Shown: in pieces, positions 13,590-28,104 of the stretch
Layout of the letters: each line of letters starts with the position of its first letter
How positions within the stretch are numbered: the first letter of the stretch is position 1
Assembly: GCF_009914755.1 (NCBI RefSeq)
Contig: NC_060928.1
Direction: 5' to 3' (one strand)
DNA from: the human T2T-CHM13v2.0 reference genome, Homo sapiens
DNA length: 64,000 nt
The notes under the pieces: model-generated
The model's database searches: none
The model's input: only the letters and a program-made list of their open reading frames with translations
What the model was told of the DNA's origin: nothing
Translations under genes and position numbers: made by a program

Positions 13590-14170
13590 TGCCCATATAC
13601 TATATCTACTGATGCATAACAAATTACCCCAAATTTATCAGTTTGAAAAAAACACCTATCATCTCATGATTTCTGTAGGTCAGAGGTCCAAGCCACACTG
13701 AAATGGGTTCTTTACATACAGAGTTATTTTGAAATTCTGAATCAGGATTTTAAATCCTGAAATCAAAGTGTCATTGGGCCTACCTTTCTTTCTGGAGCTA
13801 AGAGCCTATCTTCCAGTGTATGTGGCTGGACGTAGAATTCAGCTTTTTGCTGTTGCAGAACTGAGGCCCTGTCCTCTAGTTGCCTGTCATACAGGGGCTA
13901 CTCTCAGCCCTAATGGGCTCACCACACACAACTCCTTCTCAAGTCACTCCTTCCACAGTCCCTTTCACACTACTAAAGTCTGACTTCTTTTATAAACTTT
14001 CTTTACAAAGGCATATCTGACTAGGTCAGATCTGCTAAAACCATCCTCCTTTTGATTAATTCAAATTTGGCTGAAGTGCAGTCCAATCAAATAAATGATA
14101 GTCTATCACATCCACTACACCAGGAGGTGGAAACCTTGGGAGCAACTTTAGACTTTTGCCTAATACACAG
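13590..14170 (-). mobile_element. MLT1 (E/F/G-like) LTR
   Basis: 'gcataacaaattaccccaaattta...gaattcagctttttgctgttgcagaactgagg...gacttttgccta'. Confidence 0.7.
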
Positions 14171-14879
14171 TTCAAGCATCTTTGCTACTTTTTGTTTTGA
14201 CTTCATGACTTACCTATTTGTGCCATTATATCCTATAGATTTTAGATAATGTTAACTTTAGCAAGAATTAGAGATGGTAAAAAGAATGATTTAATAATAT
14301 CTTGAATATCATATGCTTTACCAGCAAATAAATTGATCACATTAAAGCATTAATTTATTTTGAAGTGTTTTTTTCATATAAATTCTCTTTAAAAGCATCA
14401 TAGGGTAGATGTCTTTAGAGCAGAGACCAAACATCCTTTTCTTTATGATTACACTAAGAATCAAGTCAATAACAAAAAGTTTTTAAATTTTACAACAATG
14501 TTTATTTTTTTAGTTTATATTATTTATTTCTTAAAGGGATATTAAAATCTTAAATTAAGCTGAATATAATTCTTTTGTAAGTCCATAAATAGTAAAAAAC
14601 AATCATTCTCTTTTTATGGATCTTCATTTTTCTTATAAAGCCAGATGAACAAAATATCTTAAAAGGTTATGACAAAAAAGAGGTTGGATTTCCTAATTAA
14701 ATGCTGCTCCATATTCCTAGTGTTTTATATGTCAAAGCAGATGGCATTTGGCATGCAATTGCCTAAAACTTACATGTGTTCACCAGAGGTTCTACCAGAA
14801 ATATTTCTGTGAGTGCAGAGGGAGAGTCACTTGTTCACGACAGCTATTCCACTATAAGATCATGTTAGTCAGCAAATCG

Positions 14880-15005
14880 TACATGAAAGGGTACTAATGA
14901 GGTTAATAAGCAGAATGTCTGTGAGCTCCCCCTGAGGAATATATCTATAAGAATATGGACAAGAATAAGAAAGTCACAGTGTACCTAGACTTTCAAAAGA
15001 CTGCC
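14880..15005 (+). mobile_element. Possible CR1/L3 reverse-transcriptase remnant
   Basis: 14955-14999 translates to MDKNKKVTVYLDFQK, resembling the CR1 RT motif D..YLDF.KAFD. Confidence 0.45.
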
Positions 15006-17572
15006 AAAGGAGAGTTAGTTAATATATCCTGAATTATACACAATTATTTTAACACATTTCTACTTTTACTTTTTTTCCTCTGAAACCATATGCCTTTTGC
15101 TTGTACTTTCTAGAATTGTCATTTACCTTCTAGCATTTTGAAAAATCTGTGTTGGTATTTTATAAAAACGCTCATACCTTTTTCTTTTTGCTTATGTCTA
15201 GGTCAGTCAATAAATTTCTATTCTTAAAATACAAAATATGCTTATGAGATAAACAGTTCCAAATGCCATCCTCTTTGGAGATTATGTTGATTCTAACTGT
15301 TGGTACTAGCACAAAAATGTTATAACACAAACTAGAGAGCAATAATAATTGTAATATGTTTACAATGCTTAATCTACATAGAATACTTTGAAGTATCATT
15401 GAAATAATCTCATACAATCCTCTGGGTCTCCTTCAAATACAGAGGTTCAAACAATAGAAATTATAATACAAGTCATAATTTAAATTATTCATGATATTTA
15501 GACACATTTTTGATCTCCAAATATGAACCTGTAGTACAAAAAATATTCATCAGACCAAATGAATACTACCAGTGATGTTGCAAATATAAGTGAAATTGAA
15601 AAAAATAATTAATCTTAATACTTGAATTATAATAAATTAAAAAATTAAGCTTAACAATGCTTGTTTAGCCATAAGAGTATATTTTTCATGTCTTTAAGAG
15701 AGATTCTAAAAGTACATAAAATAAAAGGCTTATGTTCCAAGAATAGCAACATATTATCTATATTTATATCTTTGCTTATGTCTGTTTATATATAATTCCT
15801 ATGTATATTTAATTATATGTCAATTATTTTTATATAAAATACTTTTATACTTAGATGGTAATTCAAAGGAAAAAATGTAAGGATCATATCACTCTTTTAC
15901 AAAAATTATCTATAATGTCACATGACATAAATACATACTTTGCAAAATTTTAGCAGCGGAGACCAGCTGTTAGTCAAGCTCATATAATTTACTGTTATTT
16001 TCTGAAAGGATGTTTTTGCTCATCTTCTTAACACATAATATCTATTTGATATTATGAGGTTTCTACATAGCAGGCCAAAAGAGATTGTTAAACAAGCACT
16101 GGCTTTATCATGCTCTGAACACACAGCATCTGACTTAGACTTCTGTGGACTGAATATATATGTTGAATGTAAATTCCTTCAAAATATAGAAAAGTTCTAT
16201 TTTTTTTCCCTAGATGAACAACTTTCCCTTTGCTACTTTGCGCTAACTGGGATTCTGTTATCACATACTTTTGCAGATGCAGTGTAAAATCACAATTTAA
16301 ATTCCTTAACAAAACCCTGGAGATTGGACAATCTAAAGTTAAAGACATAATTATTGATTTATACACAGTCCATTTTATTGGAAATATGGGTAAATATTAG
16401 AAAAATAAATTCGTTGTAAGTAGAAATATTTTGAAAATGCCCCGTCATTAATAGCAGGTACCATTTATCTAGTGTTTTATCTATTCTGCCAGTCTCCAAT
16501 CCAAGTAACCACTGCTCATATATTCTTCACAAGTCTACCAAATAAGTACTATGATAAGCTCATTTTACAAGTCGGGGTATTGAAACACAGAGATGAAGTA
16601 ATTCAGATAGTTAATAGCATTGCTAGGTTTTCACTGACATTGACTCCACAGGCCCCTTGCTGAGTTTGTCTAGCTAACTCTTAGATAATATCATAAGAAT
16701 CATCATCATCATTGTTATTATTTTGCCCTAAGATAGCCAAAGAAAAAGACCTAAATTTTCTAAGAGGAGTACAAGTTGATTCCAGGCAAACAGATTGAAG
16801 GTCAAGGGAAGGTTTGTAGATCCTTGGCTTTACCTGTAGCTATAAACTAGAGCAGAATCCAGTTTCAGCAATGTTATATATGTAGCATATTTTAAAAGTC
16901 CAGCAGTGAAATTCCTTTTGGGAATTGTATAGCTGTTTGCATAGCAGTTTCTTGAGGAACATATAGACCTTTAAACTTCTGAGAATGGTTACCAGACACT
17001 TCATAAATTTGCTCTAGCTGTATCTCATAGTGTTCCCCATGAACTGATCAAGCCTACTAACTACTCGATAACTTTCAAATGTGGAAACATACTTTTTCTC
17101 CTTCTTACGCTTATATAAGACAGTGACTGTACTTGGGAAGGCTCTTACACCATTTCTATATTGGAAAACTCTTCTATGACTTTATAAGATCATAGAGGTG
17201 TCCTGTCTCTAACTTCGTGGTGGCATTTACCTTATCGTATTATGATTAACTTAACTGATATCCAACGTGTCATTTCTCTAGTCTGGATGCTGGAGGTAAA
17301 GACGAAAAGAAGTAGCTCCTTTTTCTTAAAGGAGCTTAAAATCTCATAGGGTGAATAGGGAACTAAGTAGAGCATTGCAGGTTAAACAAGTTCTCCAGTT
17401 AACTTGATATTTTTATGATTCATGTGGAAATTGATCCATTAAGCTGTCAAAGATTGATTAGTAATGCAGTGAGATCATCCAACTGACTCCTTTTACTCTA
17501 CTATTTTGATGTACTAATTTGATTTTTTTTCTGATACACATCAATCAATTTTCTAATTAAAACTGGCTGCTT

Positions 17573-17778
<206 letters not shown>

Positions 17779-18299
17779 TTAGTCTTTATTATAGGAATCA
17801 AATGTACTGACTTAATAACTACAATTAGGCTAACTTACCCAGCAGGCATGGGTCAAGTACAGAGGTAAAATCAAGTCATTTAACTTGGTTATTGTCAAAA
17901 ATAATATTTGTTCCTGAGATGCCATTTCCTTGTGCTTTTCCTCAATTTGTTAAGAACCTGGATATAGAAGAAAATTAATATTTATTGGGGCATCTCAAAG
18001 ACCTCAATACTTAAATAAGAGAGATAAAAATGAGGTGATTGAAGTGATTGTATTTGTTGGTGTTCATGAAAATAAATTTGTGGAAGAAAAAAATTACGAG
18101 TGATAGTATTTTGGTGAGGTTGAGTATATGACCCCAAAACTCTAATTTTTGTGGGTAAGTGGGACATTTTCACCTTGGCACAATATAGAGACCAGGTTAT
18201 TTGGATTTTGAGCCTGAGGAAATGGGACTTTAAATCCCAGGGCACCTAGTATTTTGACCTTGGCTTTATCCACAGTTGAGTGGCTGTTTGTACAGAGTA

Positions 18300-18480
18300 G
18301 AGGTTCTTTAGACAGGCGACATCAGCATCAACCGGAAATTCTCAATTTTATGGTTACCTGAAGGTATCCCAGACTGTCTACATAAGAACTTTTGAGGGTA
18401 GGGAAAAGGCATCAGAAAGTTTCTAAAATTTACCAGGTGATTGCAATGTGCAGACAAGGATTCCAGCCAATGCTGTAGAC
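18300..18480. mobile_element. MER5-like fossil
   Basis: 'cagcatcaacc...ccagact...tttaccaggtgattgcaatgtgcag'. Confidence 0.5.
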
Positions 18481-18717
18481 GAATAAGTTGGGCTTCAAGC
18501 AAAGATGAAGACCACAGGCAACTTACAGGTGTTGCCAGGCTTAGAAAAGGTAAAGATGCTTCTTTTTGTGGAGATCAAAAGCGAGAAGCAAAAATGAAGG
18601 CCAAAAGAGTGTGTCAGTTACAGGTTGCAGAGTCCTTAGTAATCAGGACTGGGGCATATATTTAATACAGAGAGCACGGCTGGAAGCACTTCAGCTATCT
18701 CAGCCTTCACAGTGTAG

Positions 18718-19054
<337 letters not shown>

Positions 19055-19191
19055 AGTGTTTCTTAAATAATAGATGAGCTTAGGCAATAATTCAATTATA
19101 AATTAAAGAGGTCTTCTCTCTCTGGACTTTTAACTGCTCAATTTTGAACTGCAAGGCAGCTCAATTCAACATGTATTTCTCTCTTTCTACG

Positions 19192-19382
19192 TAGCATTGC
19201 CAGACTTAGCAAGTAAGAATAGAATATTCATTTAAATTAAAATTTTAGGTAAAATCAAATATTATTTTAGTAAAAGTATGTCCCAAACATTACATGGGAC
19301 ACACTTACACTAAAACAAGTCATCAGTATTTATCTGAATGTCAAATTTAATTGGGCCTCCTGTATTTTATCTAGCAACCTTA
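19192..19382. mobile_element. MER53 palindromic hAT MITE
   Basis: Termini 'ttgccaga' and 'tctagcaacc'; central palindrome 'aagtatgtcccaaacattacatgggacacactt'. Confidence 0.85.
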
Positions 19383-19719
19383 TATTAGTGTGATTCAAGC
19401 CTTAAATTTTTAGGCCTATGTTGGCAGAATTAGATCAGCTGTTCTGAACTCTCTTCTGCATTAAGAGCCAAGTAAAAAATTAAAGGACATTTTTGAGTAT
19501 CTATAGGTTCAAAAATCTGGAGTTGAAAATAAACAATTACTGAGTAAATTCAAGGCAGGCAGGTATGTAGATGCCGCTTGTTCCCTAAGTAAATATATCT
19601 AAGAATTTTGCAAATTCAAAAACAGACAAGAAAGGTATTTTGCCTAGCACATGACTTAAGTATAATTCCTCACTAGACCTTTAGCTACAGATGCATCATC
19701 AGAGATTTTAAATCAGTAA

Positions 19720-20120
19720 CCTACTTAAAGAGATTGTCCAGCTGATGTTTAAATGGGATGGATAACCTATGTTTTTAAAAATAATAACACTCATACAAGT
19801 ATAACGTAAATAAACGTCAAGGATTTAAGTTAACTCAATGAGGGAACAAGTAAGATACTAAAACTGATTCAAAGGGGTTGCAAAGAACACACTTATACAC
19901 ATGTAAGGAGAATGAGATGAATTTGCTAATGGATGCAAAACCAGTTAATAACAAATGGGCATTTAAATGTAATATTTAGATTCATATTTTCTAAAGGGCA
20001 AAATTCAGTTTTATTTCCTTCAATAAGATTTACTTGCATTTGTATTTATATGACTATACGTTTTCCACAACTTCTATACCTAAAGGTTGTAAATAATCAG
20101 TAGACAATCATAAGTACCCA
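19720..20120. mobile_element. Probable ERV1 LTR fragment (LTR37-like)
   Basis: 'gatttaagttaactcaatgagggaacaagtaagat' is recalled as LTR37-like. Family uncertain. Confidence 0.35.
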
Positions 20121-21084
20121 AACGTGTAAAACCATATAATCCTCAGAGTGTGCACCTCAGAGGGTGTCACTGAAAAGACACCCAGTAATATCTTTAGTCA
20201 AGTTTTAAGTCTTTGAAATTTTTTTCCTAATGATGAAATAATAAGGCAAAAATATTCCTCAGGCCAGGACTTTCTACAGAAGGAATGAAGGGAAAGGGCC
20301 CTGGGACTTTGAAAACACCTTCTCATACAGGTGAGGATGTTTCGTTACTAGGTAGAGTCCATAGTCAATCCACATTTCTCTAATTTTGTGGTGAAATGAT
20401 TGAACCTCCTAGTGTTATTGTAATTGTTGCTGATTTTTCAGTGCTTCCATTTCTCTGCTTTCTTCTTGCACTATGGATATTTGCTTTTATTTGTTTTATT
20501 TATTTTTATCTAAATAAGTTATAATATTTTCAAGCTACTTTCTGAAGTTTACAATAGATGTAGGTGTCTTTATTTTTTCAACCAGATATCAACCTCACCC
20601 CTATATTGATCTATCATGTTGTAAGATAGTGGAAATGATCTAGAAGATATTAGGAAATGATAGCCAGTTCAGAGATTTTAAGTCACATTTATACTCTATT
20701 TTTTTCATCACTTATTACTTCATCTGTCCACTTTCCAGCTCCTACATCTAAATTCTATTTAAGTGCTGGACAATGTATGTGTTAGTATGGCTTTGTGGAA
20801 AGACATTTGAGCTTGATCAGTATCTCCATGGAGATGTACTTTATTTTCCCATTGGACATAGTCATACCTTCACACTGGCATTTATGAAGCCTCTATTTTT
20901 CCCAGATGGTTCCCAATCAAACGATCTATGCCTTATTTATTGATAGTATCACTTTGCCAATGCTTCAAGCCCTCTCTCTGTTATCCTGATTTTAGTGTCA
21001 TATTCATGTGAGATTTAGCCACATAAGTTAATTTCAGTGTCTCCATTACCCTTTCGGGAGTGCTAAGTATAGAACAGTTTTCTG

Positions 21085-21345
21085 GGTGGCTTTGGACTGA
21101 CTCAGTTCTTTTCCCTTTTTTTTTTATTTGCAGTTCTCAAAAACAATTAATAGAATGTGCTGAGAATGCAACATCTTGAGATAATAAAGAAACTGACTTG
21201 AACAGCCCAGGCTCTGTTCCTGTCCCTCTTAGAACAGGATGCTCTAAAATGCTTTATTGTAGTGATTAATGTATCCCTCATAGCTGCAGTGAAAGTGGGG
21301 CATGCACAGATGAGATTCCATCTTTCCTGAGCCTTGGGGAAATGT
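21085..21345 (+). mobile_element. ERV-L class LTR fragment (MER73/74/LTR32-like)
   Basis: 'tagaatgtgctgagaatgcaacatcttgagata...aacagcccaggctctgttcc...agaacaggatg'. Confidence 0.5.
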
Positions 21346-21499
21346 TGCCTAATTTTTTAGGAGGAGTTTGATTAATATAATAAAGAAATGTGAAGAAACT
21401 GAGAGAATATTGAAAGTCACATTATCAAGACACTCATATCTTACCACAGTCTTTCTGGCTTCCATATTTAAACTCTGTGCTAGACAGGCACCGTTGTTT

Positions 21500-21870
21500 G
21501 CTCTTTGTCTTCATTTTCTGTTGTGATGACAGACTACCACAGAATGGGTAATTTATAAAGAATACATGTTTATTTGTTTTATGGTTCTGGAGACTGGGAA
21601 CTCCAAGAGCATGGCTCTGCATCTGCTGAAGGTCATGCCATGGCAGAAGACATCATATGGTGAAGGAGCATGTGAAACAGACAGTAAAAAGGGGTCAAAG
21701 GTATCCTTTTACCAGGAGCCAACTGGAGAACTAATCCATTTCTAGGATAACAACATTAATCATAACAACACTAACCACCTCTTAATGGTTCCACTTCTTA
21801 GTAGACTGTTAAAATGGCGATTAAATTTCTAACACATGAACTTTCGGAGGAACACATTTAAACCATAGCA
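21500..21870 (-). mobile_element. MST-type MaLR LTR
   Basis: 'gggtaatttataaagaa...ggttctggagactgggaa...catggcagaag...aacacatttaaaccatagca'. Confidence 0.8.
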
Positions 21871-21929
21871 CTACTTAGCAGGCCTATTCAAAGTCTTTCT
21901 TGCCAATAAAAATCCAGTTTATTTCCTAC

Positions 21930-22450
21930 CATATAGGTGAAATTGTCCTTCGGGAGAGGTTGAACTCCTGCCTGGTCCCAGGGAGTGAATTTTGACGGGT
22001 GTGAACTGAACCTGGTAATCTCATTCTCATTGTCAGTAATTGATTTAGGCACAGCCTAATTGAAAGATAATGTGACTTTCAATAAAGTGCTGACCAAATA
22101 AAAGTGATAAATTATTCTGAAAGGATTATGAACTATTTCTCCTCAAATTAAAAGACACACATGTACACAGATGCTTAGAAATACACAAGCCTGGAAGCCA
22201 CCCTCTAGACTTGTTGGAGGAGGACAAGATTCTTGGAACTACCATGTCAATTTTGCAACCATGAGGGTAAAAGCCAATGAAATTTTACATAAGCTGAGGA
22301 GGTCTCTGATAGCAATGAGCCACTAAAACCACCAACACTGGAAATACTATACCCTGGGAAATGTTTAGAAATAAACGTGGTTTTCATTATTTAAGCCCAC
22401 CTTAGTTTGTTATTCTGTAACTACAATCAAGAGCATCCTAACTGATATAC
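21930..22450 (+). mobile_element. Old MLT1 LTR fragment
   Basis: 'ttgcaaccatgaggg...tttaagcc...tattctgtaactacaatcaagagcatcctaactgata' is an MLT1-type 3' end. Confidence 0.55.
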
Positions 22451-22841
22451 TATAAAAACATTAATGGCAATTTGAATCTCTTCTTTCTAAGACCCCTGGT
22501 TCCCTCCTATAATCTGAAACACATCTTAGTATATCCAGTAAATTTATTTACTTCTGGGACATTATTATTATTCTATGTTTAGCAACATTTATTGAACACG
22601 CATTAAATACATGTTACACTATTCAATACTGTGGCGAATATAATTGTAAGGTTCTGAAGCATTCCAAAAAAGGAGGTATATTAGTTGTCTAGGGCTGCTG
22701 TAACAGATTTCTACAAACTGGCTGGCTTACAATTACATACATTTGTTTCTTACAGTTCTGGAGGCTAGATATCTGCAGTTAAATTATTGGCTGAGCTATA
22801 TACCTATAAATCCTCTGAAGACTCTAGGAAAGGATAGTTAG

Positions 22842-23099
22842 TTTCCTTCCTTCCTTCCTTTTCTCTTTCTTTTTCTTTCTTTCTTTCTTTTTCTTTCTTT
22901 CTTTCTTTTTTTCTCTTTCTTTCTCTTTCTTTCTCTCTCTTTTCTTTCTCTCTTTCTTTTCTTTCTTTCTTTCTCTTTTTTTCTCTCTTTCTTTCTTTCT
23001 TCCCCTTCCTTCCCCTCCCTCCCTCCCTCCCTCTCTCCCTTCCTTCCTTCCTTCCTTCCTTCCTTCCTTCCTTCCTTCCTTCCTTCCTTCCTTCCTTCT
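22842..23099. repeat. 258 bp pure pyrimidine tract (TTCC/TTTC/CCCT units)
   Basis: Only C and T are present. It occupies the tail position of the antisense AluJ. Confidence 0.97.
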
Positions 23100-23116
23100 G
23101 CCCCCCACCCCACACC

Positions 23117-23403
23117 AGACAAGGTCTCACTCTATTGCCTAGGCTGGAGTGTAGTGATGCAATCATGGCAAACTGCAACCTTGAATTCCTGGGATCCAAC
23201 CATCCTCCTGCCTCAGCCTCCTAAGTAGCTAGGACTACAGGTACATGCTACCAAATTTGGCTTTTTTTTTTTTTTACATTTTCTGTAGAGAGAAGGTTGG
23301 CTTTGTTGCACAGGCTACTGTCAAACTCCTGGCTTCAAGTGATCCTCCCACCTAGGTCTCCCAAAATCTTGGAATTACAGGCATGAGCCACTACGCTCAG
23401 CCA
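23117..23403 (-). mobile_element. AluJ
   Basis: 'aggtctcactctattgcctaggctggagtgtagtgatgcaatcatggc...aactcctggcttcaagtgatcctccca' are J-type features. Confidence 0.92.
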
Positions 23404-24110
23404 TTTTTTGCATCTTCCTAGCTTCTGGTGATAGCTTGCAATCCTTGTTCTTCGTTGGCTTATAGCTGTACCACTCCAGTTTTCACCTCTGCATTCACTT
23501 GGCTCTCTTCTCTCTGTGTATGTTCATGTCTCTAAATTTTAGTCTCCTTGTAACAATACCAGTGATTGAATTTGTCATACACCCTAATTCAGCTTGCCCC
23601 CATGTTAACTTGATTACATCCGCAAATGTTTTATTTCCAAATAAAGTTACATTCACAGGTCGAGGAAAGCAAAAAGTTTCTGGGGACCCTATTCAACACA
23701 GTATAAGGAGTAATGTAATTTGATAATATTTGAATCTTAAAATGATTGCTCTGGCTGCAAAGGGTTACTAACACCTTTCTGTTTCTCTAATATTCCACTT
23801 TTCTAATTTGATATAGGTCTGGGAATCAGATTGCCAAATAAATTATATTAACATGTAATGAATAGTAAATTAATTTTATGAGAAATGAAGAGATCAATTC
23901 CAATACTCCTGCAGCATTTACACTATTGAACAAATCTTTGCTTTTTCTATTTTAGGCTGCTTTTTGACTATTGCATCCTTACTTTTAGATTTTACCTACT
24001 TTCTGGTTAGGTGAAGTTGTTCATGTGTTCTACAGACGAACTGTTACTGATTATATGCAATTCACACATTAAGTATACTAGCTTTCATTCATTATTTCAA
24101 AAGTTACTTA

Positions 24111-24505
<395 letters not shown>

Positions 24506-26592
24506 TTATGTAGCTCATATTTTAATTAAAATTGGAAAATGTAGACATTAAGAGAATACATAAAAATATAGATAAATAAAACAATAGTTGGTAATACCAA
24601 TGTTGATAAGAAAAATACAGACAAAATGATACAGAATCGTAAGGTCTTTCATTTTAAATCAGGTGGTCAGGGAAGGCCTCTCTGAGGAAGTAAAATGTGA
24701 CAGAGACATGAATAACGTGAGAGTTAAAAGCCATTAATGACCCCGTATTTCCCGCAGGATAAAATCAAAATTTGTATAATTGGAAAGGCCCTTTAAGGTC
24801 TGTTCATAGATTAATTCCCATCTTCATGTCTTCCACTGGTTAACATAGTTAAGGGAAATACAAAAAGCATTTTTTTACAGGATGAATATGTTTTCTATTT
24901 GCAATCCCAGAAACGACTTATGTTTACAGAGTTAAAGCATTTTAAAACATAGACACGCACACATGATTTTGTTTGTTCGATTTTGCTTTTATGTTTTCCT
25001 ATGGTCACAACTGCTCAAACATTTCAAATAGTCTATCCAAGAGCAATTTCTAAGCCTTATATTTAAAACCTATCTATCTTTTATGCAAATATATAATCCT
25101 ATTTGGTCCCTTTACATATATAATTAATAAATGTATGTGCTTAATTATTATCAGTAATCAAATTCATGTCAACTATTAAATTAGAATTAATATTTTAAAA
25201 TTCAGTGCCTTTTAATTTCTTTCTCACATCTTATAACACAATTATAAACCATGGTTAGTATTTTAACTTTTATCAATTCCAGAACAGTTCTAGTCCTTTA
25301 TCTTTCAATAATAGATAATGATGTAGATAACAATTATTAAAAAAAAAACCCTCATGTAGAGGAGCTATGAAAAACCTGTCAGTACATTCCAAAAGGAAAC
25401 TGAATCTCTATAACAGCAATTAGATAAAATAATTTAATGTTCCCTCCTAGACAAGGGTCTTCAAAACCAATTAAACTAAACAAAATTATTCTGGATAATA
25501 AAGTTAACTCTCGTCACCTCTTAAACACACGTGTTCTCAATTATTTGGGATTTAACAAGGATAAAATTATTGTACTTAGGTCAAATGTGTACTCTGCTGA
25601 CAAAGCAAGTGCAAGGCAGGGAATACCAAACATCTTCAATAGCAACATTTTAAATTATAAAAGTGTATAACAATAATGGAGCAAATAAGGGGGATAACTT
25701 TTAACTTCAAGGTAGTATTCATCTAAGATGGAAACAAAAATAAGGAGCCCCAAACACAGGCCAAAGAAAATGTAGTTAATATGAGGCCTACATGATACTT
25801 AACAGTCACAGGTACGAGTGAGTATTAAAAGACTGAACTATAGTACTTGCATAATGATTGATAAATAGCATAATAATAATGAAGTAAATGGTAAAAGTTA
25901 TTTAATAAAATGCTTTCTAACAAATGTGATTTATCTAGAAACAAGAATAGACTCTGCAATTATGATTTGGAAATTATGGCACAGATTTTGAAGTGTACGT
26001 GTGTTGGGGGTGGGGAGTTATGGCTGCAGATATTTCAATTGATTCTGATATGAAGAGTTGCCTCTAGGAGTAAAAATTCTTGGATGGGAGAGGAAGGCTG
26101 TCTCTGGAAGCTGAGAAAGACTTGCTGCATATCCCAGTCTCTCCCTCCCCTCACACATACACACACAAACACACACACAAAGAAATGCCTAGCCTTGTAT
26201 GGATTCAGCCCTCACTGGGAGGTTAGTGGAAGCCCAGGACATCCGAAAGTAGTGTGGAGTGTGTATCTATTCAGTCTTCAGATGAGTCTGTGGAATATTT
26301 ACTTATTTGAAAATTATCCCTTCATAGTATTTGCCATGGGCAACCAGGGTGATGGAGGGGAATGACCAATTTGGCTCTTTGTGATAAGGTTGCAGAGGAG
26401 AAAAACCACCCATTTAATCCCAGTTATCAGAACCACACCTCAACATGTCTTGATGGTGTGACACTGTGACATCCCCTTTCTCCGGCTCTCTGCAAGGGCA
26501 ACAAGTCTTTCCTTTGGCTCACTCCCTCGTGTACCCTGTAACAATTAGTTTCAATAGGATCCCTGGTTCATGGTTGTTACTACATTGGTTCC

Positions 26593-26789
26593 TTACTTGC
26601 ATTTATCTATTTTTTCATTTCTGTCCTGTTCTCAAAATTTCATTCTGGTGTAAGCTCAAGGGAGAGGTCAAGTCTTGATTGAATACCTTTCTGAAATGGG
26701 TTAGTCTAGGGTCATCCATTGTTCAAGGACTCCCAGAAAGTTTATTTTTGTCTGATATAAAGTCTTGCCCTATTTTTTATAATCATAGT
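26593..26789 (+). repeat. Direct local duplication, copy 1 (partner 28282-28478)
   Basis: 197 bp ungapped match with about 24 mismatches (about 88%), including the identical core 'agaggtcaagtcttgattgaatacctttctgaaatgggtt'. Confidence 0.95.
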
Positions 26790-28104
26790 AATCACCATTT
26801 AAACTTTCCTTGGTGTCGACCTCTTCTTTTTCCCCTTTGTTTTACTCCTAATTGTTAAGTAAGCCTCGGTCTGTAGCAGCCTCCCTGTGTGTAGCCTCCT
26901 ATTTACACATTGGTGTGTACAAGGTGTTGCTGCCATATCACACTCTCTTGATGGAGTGAGGCTGTAAAGAGAGTCAAGCTCCTGGGTCAGACAACTAGCT
27001 CCATATATCCCCACACACCTCACTCCAGTTCTCCTTTCCGATTTTGTCCGTTTGGTCTCAGTGCGCTTCACCCTCAATTCAGGCATGTGACTTGTGTTCA
27101 GATTATAAAATGCTGACTGACAGTGAAGGAAAAACCAGTGGTGAGAGAGAAGGGAAAACCTGGAAAGGCTATGGTGAGAAGCAATGAAGTCTATGCCCTG
27201 AGGCATTGGCCAAATACAATGTCACTAATGATTGTCATTTCATGAGGAAGTCTTTGAAGGGTTTAATATGGATTCTTATTATATGGAGGTTCCATATCAC
27301 ACCATGGCATAAGGATAGCTGAGTCACACCAAGGGTTCACATCAACAACTTCTATAAATCGATAGAATATTGAAAATATTAGAATAAGTCAATGAATAAT
27401 TTGCTATAACTTGTCACTTTTTAAGCATGTTTTAAAAATAAATATATATAGTGTTTCAGTAATGAGGAGATATATTGTTATTTTATTTATATGTTGGTTT
27501 ATTTATATTAAAATACTGACTGAATTATTTTTATTTTAAAATGTACAATATAGTATTGTAGACTATAGTCACCCTGTTGTACTGTCAAATACTAGGACTT
27601 ATTCATACTATCCAGCTATATTTTTGTAAATATTTTGAATATTTTATAAATATTTAAACATTTTTGTAAATATTTTGAATATTTGTGAGTTTAAAAATTG
27701 AGTTTATAACTTGACCCTATGTCTGCTAACAATTTATAAAGTCATGGAGAAAAATGAAATCTTGGAAATATATTGCAACTCCTGTGTGTAAACTTGACAA
27801 TTCTTCCAATGATCTTGAAATAACTAGGTTATGAGTGAATTGTTTTTTTATACAATTTTAACATACGTTGTGTATTTATATAACTAGCTTCTAATTATCT
27901 TCTTAATATAATCATGAAATTAATATCTTTATGAAGTCATAAGTATAAACATTGATGTATTTACTAATATCAACAGAACTCAAAAAATACTTTTCTGAGG
28001 ACAGATCACAAATCAACAAATCTTAATTTCTTTGGATGATGAGAAAGATATACAAATATAAAAAATGAAAACTATTTGTCCTCACTTTAGCTTTGTTCAC
28101 TCAT

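Larger units (their letters stand above)
22676..23706 (-). mobile_element. MLT1B/C LTR interrupted by AluJ and a pyrimidine tract
   Basis: 'agggctgctgtaaca...acagttctggaggctaga' (22680-22835) resumes as 'cttcctagcttctggtg...tttccaaataaagttacattcacagg' after 23405. Confidence 0.8.

Noticed and set aside
22804-23199. Lys/Glu/Arg-rich ORFs in three frames
   Set aside because: Artefact of a stop-free purine repeat on the minus strand.
26799-27206. 135 aa minus-strand ORF
   Set aside because: No recognisable homology or exon structure; it lies in probable old LTR sequence.
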